The position numbers were made by a program, and so were the translations under genes. A DNA stretch of 28,616 nucleotides from IMG/VR virus record IMGVR_UViG_3300021519_000049, positions 1 through 28,616 of that record; one strand, given 5' to 3'. Positions 25,151 to 28,616 of this stretch are shown here, piece after piece. Under the pieces are notes generated by a model. That model was not told where the DNA came from and searched no databases. It saw only the letters and a program-made list of their open reading frames with translations. Source of the stretch: a virus (Duplodnaviria; Caudoviricetes). Numbering within the stretch: the stretch's first letter is position 1; each line of letters starts with the position of its first letter.

Positions 25151-25404
25151 TTTTGTACCTCCTTCTCTTTTTTTTGATAATCGGGTTGGTTTTGAATTTC
25201 GCAGTAAAGGCAAGGCATCGGCCATCCGGTTCCTTCAATGAAAGCAAGAAGTTCTTCGTCGGTTATTTGAATCCACCGTTCCTTGCCTTCTTCCTCCCAG
25301 AACTTTTCTGCGTGATAGAGGCAGGCTATTTGCCTGTCAACCAGGGATTCCCACCGTTTCCCAACCTCAGGAATAATCATTTGCTTCCTCATGGCGATAA
25401 TCAA
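25147..25404 (-). CDS. Hypothetical protein
   Basis: Start overlaps the upstream stop; stop overlaps the next ATG. Confidence 0.6.
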   Translation of the reverse strand: MIIAMRKQMIIPEVGKRWESLVDRQIACLYHAEKFWEEEGKERWIQITDEELLAFIEGTGWPMPCLYCEIQNQPDYQKKEKEVQK

Positions 25405-25820
25405 CCGTCCCTTCTTGGCCAGACGTACTCAAGGTTTGAAGGCAGGTCTTGTTCGAAGTATTCGCCGTAGTGCTGCGGATTCTTTCGCAACAGATTGCTG
25501 CGGTGGCTCCGGTGAAACTTTGAATCCCCAAGCCAAACAGGATCTTCTCCGTCAGCAGGGAGGTTGGCCAACAACTTTTCACGGCAGGTGTCCTTATAGC
25601 CTCTCCCAATCCATTCATCACAAACAGCAACGCCGTAGCAAATCAAAGATCGAAGATAGCCACGCCACATGTTTACGGCAGGATGATTTTGCCAGCCATA
25701 GTCGGGTTGGGTTATTGCTTTGACAATTTGAAGGCATTCGACCCGCTGTTTACCAAGTCGCTGCCGGTCAAGAACCGAAGCAGAGTGCTCGAATGATTCA
25801 TAGGGAAGAAAGGTTTGCAT
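25401..25820 (-). CDS. MSMEG_6728-family / pyrimidine-dimer DNA glycosylase (T4 endonuclease V-like)
   Basis: MQTFLPY, LD..RLGKQRVE, NHPAV.MWRGY, EW..RGY and H.SHRSNLLRK. Confidence 0.88.
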   Translation of the reverse strand: MQTFLPYESFEHSASVLDRQRLGKQRVECLQIVKAITQPDYGWQNHPAVNMWRGYLRSLICYGVAVCDEWIGRGYKDTCREKLLANLPADGEDPVWLGDSKFHRSHRSNLLRKNPQHYGEYFEQDLPSNLEYVWPRRDG

Positions 25821-26056
25821 TATTTTTCCTCTCGGCTCACTTGTTGTTTCTTCGGTTTCCGCACAACACGGTCAATGAGAAAAGTTCGCCAGGCAGACTT
25901 TCCATGGCTTCCGCCGATGACGGTTACTTCATCCGGCCTTGCGCTGTCGTGCTTGTCAACCCAGATCACTTTGAATGTTGCGCCCTGCTCTCCCTTGATT
26001 CGAACAAGATCCCCGTATTTGATGTTGCCAGATTCTGTGACTCGTTCGGCTGTCAC
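25820..26056 (-). CDS. Small SH3-like beta-barrel hypothetical protein
   Basis: SD AAGGGGG with GTG start; GDLVRIKGEQG.F...V.GG...RTF..DRV pattern. Confidence 0.7.
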   Translation of the reverse strand: MTAERVTESGNIKYGDLVRIKGEQGATFKVIWVDKHDSARPDEVTVIGGSHGKSAWRTFLIDRVVRKPKKQQVSREEK

Positions 26057-26091
26057 GGTTGTTCCCCCTTCGTGGATATCGGAAGCAATAC

Positions 26092-26152
26092 GTCTCGCAG
26101 GGTGCTGGTTGAAAGGGTAATACCCAGCACCCTGCGAGACCTACTGGTCTCG
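26092..26152. repeat. Perfect 17-bp inverted repeat with an overlapping alternative hairpin in an intergenic region
   Basis: gtctcgcagggtgctgg (26092-26108) pairs with ccagcaccctgcgagac (26124-26140); second hairpin cgagacc-tact-ggtctcg (26135-26152). Confidence 0.9.
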
Positions 26153-26176
26153 TGGCTGAGCCGTGGCCCAACTTGC

Positions 26177-26515
26177 CTATCCATAGATTACCTTTCCGAA
26201 GATAGATTGCTGGAGCACCATGTCGCTGACACAGGAATCCCAACAGTCATCATCAAAAGTAACCGGCTGTCCACAATGGTAGTGGCCTTTTTCGATAATT
26301 TCGCCGTAAGCCTGCGCGAGCATTTCGGCAGTGACAAACTTGCGATGCGTTTTGCCATCCTCGCCTTCGTGCCAGACACCAACCTCTGGAGTCGTTGCGT
26401 ACGAACCGTAGGAGTAGCGAAGAACCCAGGAACTTGAGCCACGGAAGATTCCGCAGAATACGTTGTCCATGATGTCTTCATCCTTCACTTCATGGGTGAT
26501 TGTGATGGTTGCCAC
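26177..26515 (-). CDS. Phage hypothetical protein (C-terminal D..LQ...FG.VIYG motif)
   Basis: The terminal motif resembles a recurring phage family; GTG start 2 nt after the upstream stop. Confidence 0.75.
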   Translation of the reverse strand: MATITITHEVKDEDIMDNVFCGIFRGSSSWVLRYSYGSYATTPEVGVWHEGEDGKTHRKFVTAEMLAQAYGEIIEKGHYHCGQPVTFDDDCWDSCVSDMVLQQSIFGKVIYG

Positions 26516-26517
26516 GG

Positions 26518-26925
26518 CTATCCCTGCCTGACCGTTTTGAAGGCCACCTCTTCTTGGCTCGCTGCGGCTTGCGCCTTACGCATCTTCCTGATTCGGTTCA
26601 CAGTGGCTCGTGCTGATGAAACAAGGCCGAGTGACTCCATTCCAAATGCGGCTGTGCCCATCTCTGAATAGTGCTTGGCGTCGCTCATGATTTCGCTGAG
26701 TTCAGCCTTGTTACAGAAAACAAGAACACCCTTCCTGCTGCTTTCAAGAATTTGGCCCGCTGGCAATGCTCGGTCCCTGTGGTCGCCATAAAACGTTTCT
26801 GGCAACCAGATTTCAATTGTCCGATCAGCCATGTAGTTTTCAGACCAGCATTCTCCGTAAAACTGCGGATCGTCTGCCGTTGGCTGAACCTGCCTTACAA
26901 CTTCACTCCGGTTCACTGTACCCAT
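26518..26925 (-). CDS. Hypothetical protein
   Basis: SD AAAGGGG; in the gene chain. Confidence 0.7.
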   Translation of the reverse strand: MGTVNRSEVVRQVQPTADDPQFYGECWSENYMADRTIEIWLPETFYGDHRDRALPAGQILESSRKGVLVFCNKAELSEIMSDAKHYSEMGTAAFGMESLGLVSSARATVNRIRKMRKAQAAASQEEVAFKTVRQG

Positions 26926-26947
26926 ACCGATTCCCCTTTCAAAGGAC

Positions 26948-27154
26948 TCATTTCATCAGGAGCGCTTTGCCCCATGAGATCATCATGTCATAAGTTTGAC
27001 CCTGTGTCAAGTATCCATAGGGGTCATGACTTGTCGCGGCCCTACGTTGAAAGGCCTCAGAGACCTCCAGATAGCCCCTCAGCGCCTGCTTCGTCGGTCC
27101 TTGGGGGGTTGCCCCCAAATTCATTTCGGTGGCCTCCTGGGTTTCTGCTCTCAT
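26948..27154 (-). CDS. Hypothetical protein
   Basis: ATG 27154 overlaps the upstream TGA (ATGA). Confidence 0.55.
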   Translation of the reverse strand: MRAETQEATEMNLGATPQGPTKQALRGYLEVSEAFQRRAATSHDPYGYLTQGQTYDMMISWGKALLMK

Positions 27155-27540
27155 AGTTCTACCGGTTCTCTGGTTATTCCGGTGGCGTCGATGAAGTTGA
27201 TGTAGTCGTACGATTCGGTGACATCGCCCCAACTCATATCTCCCGTGATTACATAATTGCGATCATGAAGATTGAGGCCAGCGGTATCTCGCCAGATAGC
27301 CCCTTGTGTAAAAAGAGTAACGATGAAATCTTTCGACCAGTTGTAAAGACGCTCTCGCTCCTCTTCATCTGTATTGTCGTCGTCTCGCATAATTCCGTAA
27401 TCCTCCCAATCAACATTGGCGGACAGAGCCCCCTCCAGTCGATCAAGAACGATTTCGGAAAGCCGTTCACAAGGCACCGCTGGTTTTTCGTCTTTCGACA
27501 TAGGCCACTCACAGATTGCGTAAATGAAGTCTGCTCCCAT
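27151..27540 (-). CDS. Phage hypothetical protein (MGADF...ITGDMSWGD)
   Basis: SD AAAGG; acidic globular composition. Confidence 0.75.
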   Translation of the reverse strand: MGADFIYAICEWPMSKDEKPAVPCERLSEIVLDRLEGALSANVDWEDYGIMRDDDNTDEEERERLYNWSKDFIVTLFTQGAIWRDTAGLNLHDRNYVITGDMSWGDVTESYDYINFIDATGITREPVEL

Positions 27541-27718
27541 TATTTTGCCTTTCTGTTTGATATTTCACTGGTTTTCCTAACGCTCCGTACTCCGTGTCCG
27601 CCCCGCAGTCACAACAAACTTTGGCTGTGCAATCAATCTCCATCATCTTGCAAGTTGCGCAATCAAGGAATCGCCAGCCCGTCGTGCCGCCGCAGTGAAT
27701 ACATTTGAAGTTGGTCAT
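27509..27718 (-). CDS. Cys-rich Zn-binding hypothetical protein
   Basis: Three CxxC pairs; ATGA overlap with the upstream gene. Confidence 0.6.
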   Translation of the reverse strand: MTNFKCIHCGGTTGWRFLDCATCKMMEIDCTAKVCCDCGADTEYGALGKPVKYQTERQNNGSRLHLRNL

Positions 27719-27999
27719 GCTGGCACCCCGTGATCAGCACAAACCGCTACAACATCAAAACGGTCACCGCCGAGTTTTGAGTTGCATAGTTCGCACGCTC
27801 TCATGGAGAAGTGCCCCTGTGCGTAGTCGTCGCTCTCTGGGTCACCTGCGAACGGCATGCTCAGCATGTTCATCTTCTGACGTGCAATGTTCACCTGCGC
27901 TATACGCATTGGCGGTAAGTTGTCGAGTTCACTTGGCACGAAGTGCTCTACGAGTAGACAGTCAATACACACACGCATGTTGAAGTTTGAGGTCAGCAC
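27715..27999 (-). CDS. Zn-binding hypothetical protein (CxxC...FS...CxxC..LGGDR)
   Basis: GTG start overlaps the end of the upstream gene; two CxxC pairs. Confidence 0.7.
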   Translation of the reverse strand: MLTSNFNMRVCIDCLLVEHFVPSELDNLPPMRIAQVNIARQKMNMLSMPFAGDPESDDYAQGHFSMRACELCNSKLGGDRFDVVAVCADHGVPA

Positions 28000-28337
28000 G
28001 ATGCCCACCCACAAAACAACCAGCGGTCATCCGCCACCTTCAAGGCGATGGCTGGCCCCCATTTGTCTTCGTAGGTTTGAATAACGGATTCTCCAATTTG
28101 ATCACCAAGCAACTTTTTCATCGGACCGTGATCCTGCCAAGCGCTACTCAGTTCCTCAAGAACCTGGTGTGCGGTCACGCCATCGGGGAGGTGGTATTCA
28201 GTGAACTCCCCCTTTTCCGCAATCGTTCCGGTGTATCCATTGTGACCGTGATACCATAATGCGTCATCAACGGCTTTTTGGAATGCCCGTTCTACCGTCT
28301 CTCCTGTTTCTTCTACCTCAAATGACTCTGCTCCCAT
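27993..28337 (-). CDS. Phage hypothetical protein (HGH.GYTGTIAEK...KWGPA...FCGWA)
   Basis: SD GGAG; TAATG overlap with the upstream gene; motif-rich sequence. Confidence 0.78.
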   Translation of the reverse strand: MGAESFEVEETGETVERAFQKAVDDALWYHGHNGYTGTIAEKGEFTEYHLPDGVTAHQVLEELSSAWQDHGPMKKLLGDQIGESVIQTYEDKWGPAIALKVADDRWLFCGWASC

Positions 28338-28540
28338 TATATTCTCCGGCCGATCATTGTTTCACCTTCGGCACGTTGGTACTGGAAGAAAAGATCATAT
28401 GCGTCCCGCTGTGCGTCACTCCAGGCAGACTCTCCGTAGTAAACCTTTCCGGTGCGTAAGCCATGAACTTCAACCCATGCTTTTTCACCTTCTTCAACAT
28501 GCACAACTCCGTAGCCAATTTCGTCTCTTACTTGTCTCAT
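28337..28540 (-). CDS. Hypothetical protein
   Basis: SD AAGGG; stop overlaps the next ATG. Confidence 0.7.
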   Translation of the reverse strand: MRQVRDEIGYGVVHVEEGEKAWVEVHGLRTGKVYYGESAWSDAQRDAYDLFFQYQRAEGETMIGRRI

Positions 28541-28616
28541 TGTTTTTCCCTTCTGTTGGTTACCACCACGATGAGTAGTAAATCTCCATGTCGCTTGCGA
28601 TTGCGTTTCTTGCTTC

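Larger units (their letters stand above)
1..28616 (-). mobile_element. Tailed dsDNA bacteriophage genome segment (accessory genes, DNA modification, packaging and head-associated region)
   Basis: Contains terminase, portal, MuF and HK97 gp10-like genes; single-strand coding with many ATGA/TGATG/GTGA gene overlaps; no host housekeeping genes and no integrase in the window. Confidence 0.97.

Noticed and set aside
26092-26140. tRNA or classical Rho-independent terminator
   Set aside because: There is no cloverleaf or T-loop consensus and no U-tract on either side; it is kept only as a structured element.
785-26520. Genome-wide TAG reassignment as an explanation of the portal stop
   Set aside because: TAG ends several genes at sensible positions (19946, where it overlaps the next GTG start; also 21446, 22031, 26177 and 26518), and other long genes have no internal TAG.
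171-28578. Plus-strand ORFs in the track
   Set aside because: All are antisense to well-supported minus-strand genes and lack recognisable motifs.

Overview
A 28.6-kb segment of a tailed dsDNA phage (Caudoviricetes) in which every credible gene lies on the minus strand. The host is probably actinobacterial, inferred from an MSMEG_6728-type gene and leaderless-type promoters. In transcription order (right to left) it contains four blocks. (1) About 7 kb of small, tightly coupled accessory genes, including a DenV-like/MSMEG_6728 protein, a DUF1599/Nmad1 protein, VRR-NUC and HNH nucleases, an RHH protein and a 17-bp intergenic stem-loop. (2) A ParB + TET/JBP dioxygenase + TET-associated glycosyltransferase DNA-modification cassette. 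(3) TerS, a TerL split into separate ATPase and nuclease genes, and a portal gene whose frame continues past a single TAG into a further ~526 codons. (4) About 14 kb of modular proteins surrounding MuF. Block 4 is the main find: about 16 copies of a short peptide tag (W/F/Y-D-E-S-K-H-P-R-D/G-x-x-G-R/K-F-G-S-G or D-Q-A-R-D-x-x-G-R-W-T-S-G-G), each just after a hydrophobic-x-Lys site. Many tags head a distinct enzyme domain: five ADP-ribosyltransferase-like, two GNAT-like, one papain/transglutaminase-like and one ParB/Srx-like. I interpret this as a candidate protease-processed, capsid-packaged effector polyprotein array. All domain calls come from motif recognition by eye; no searches were run.
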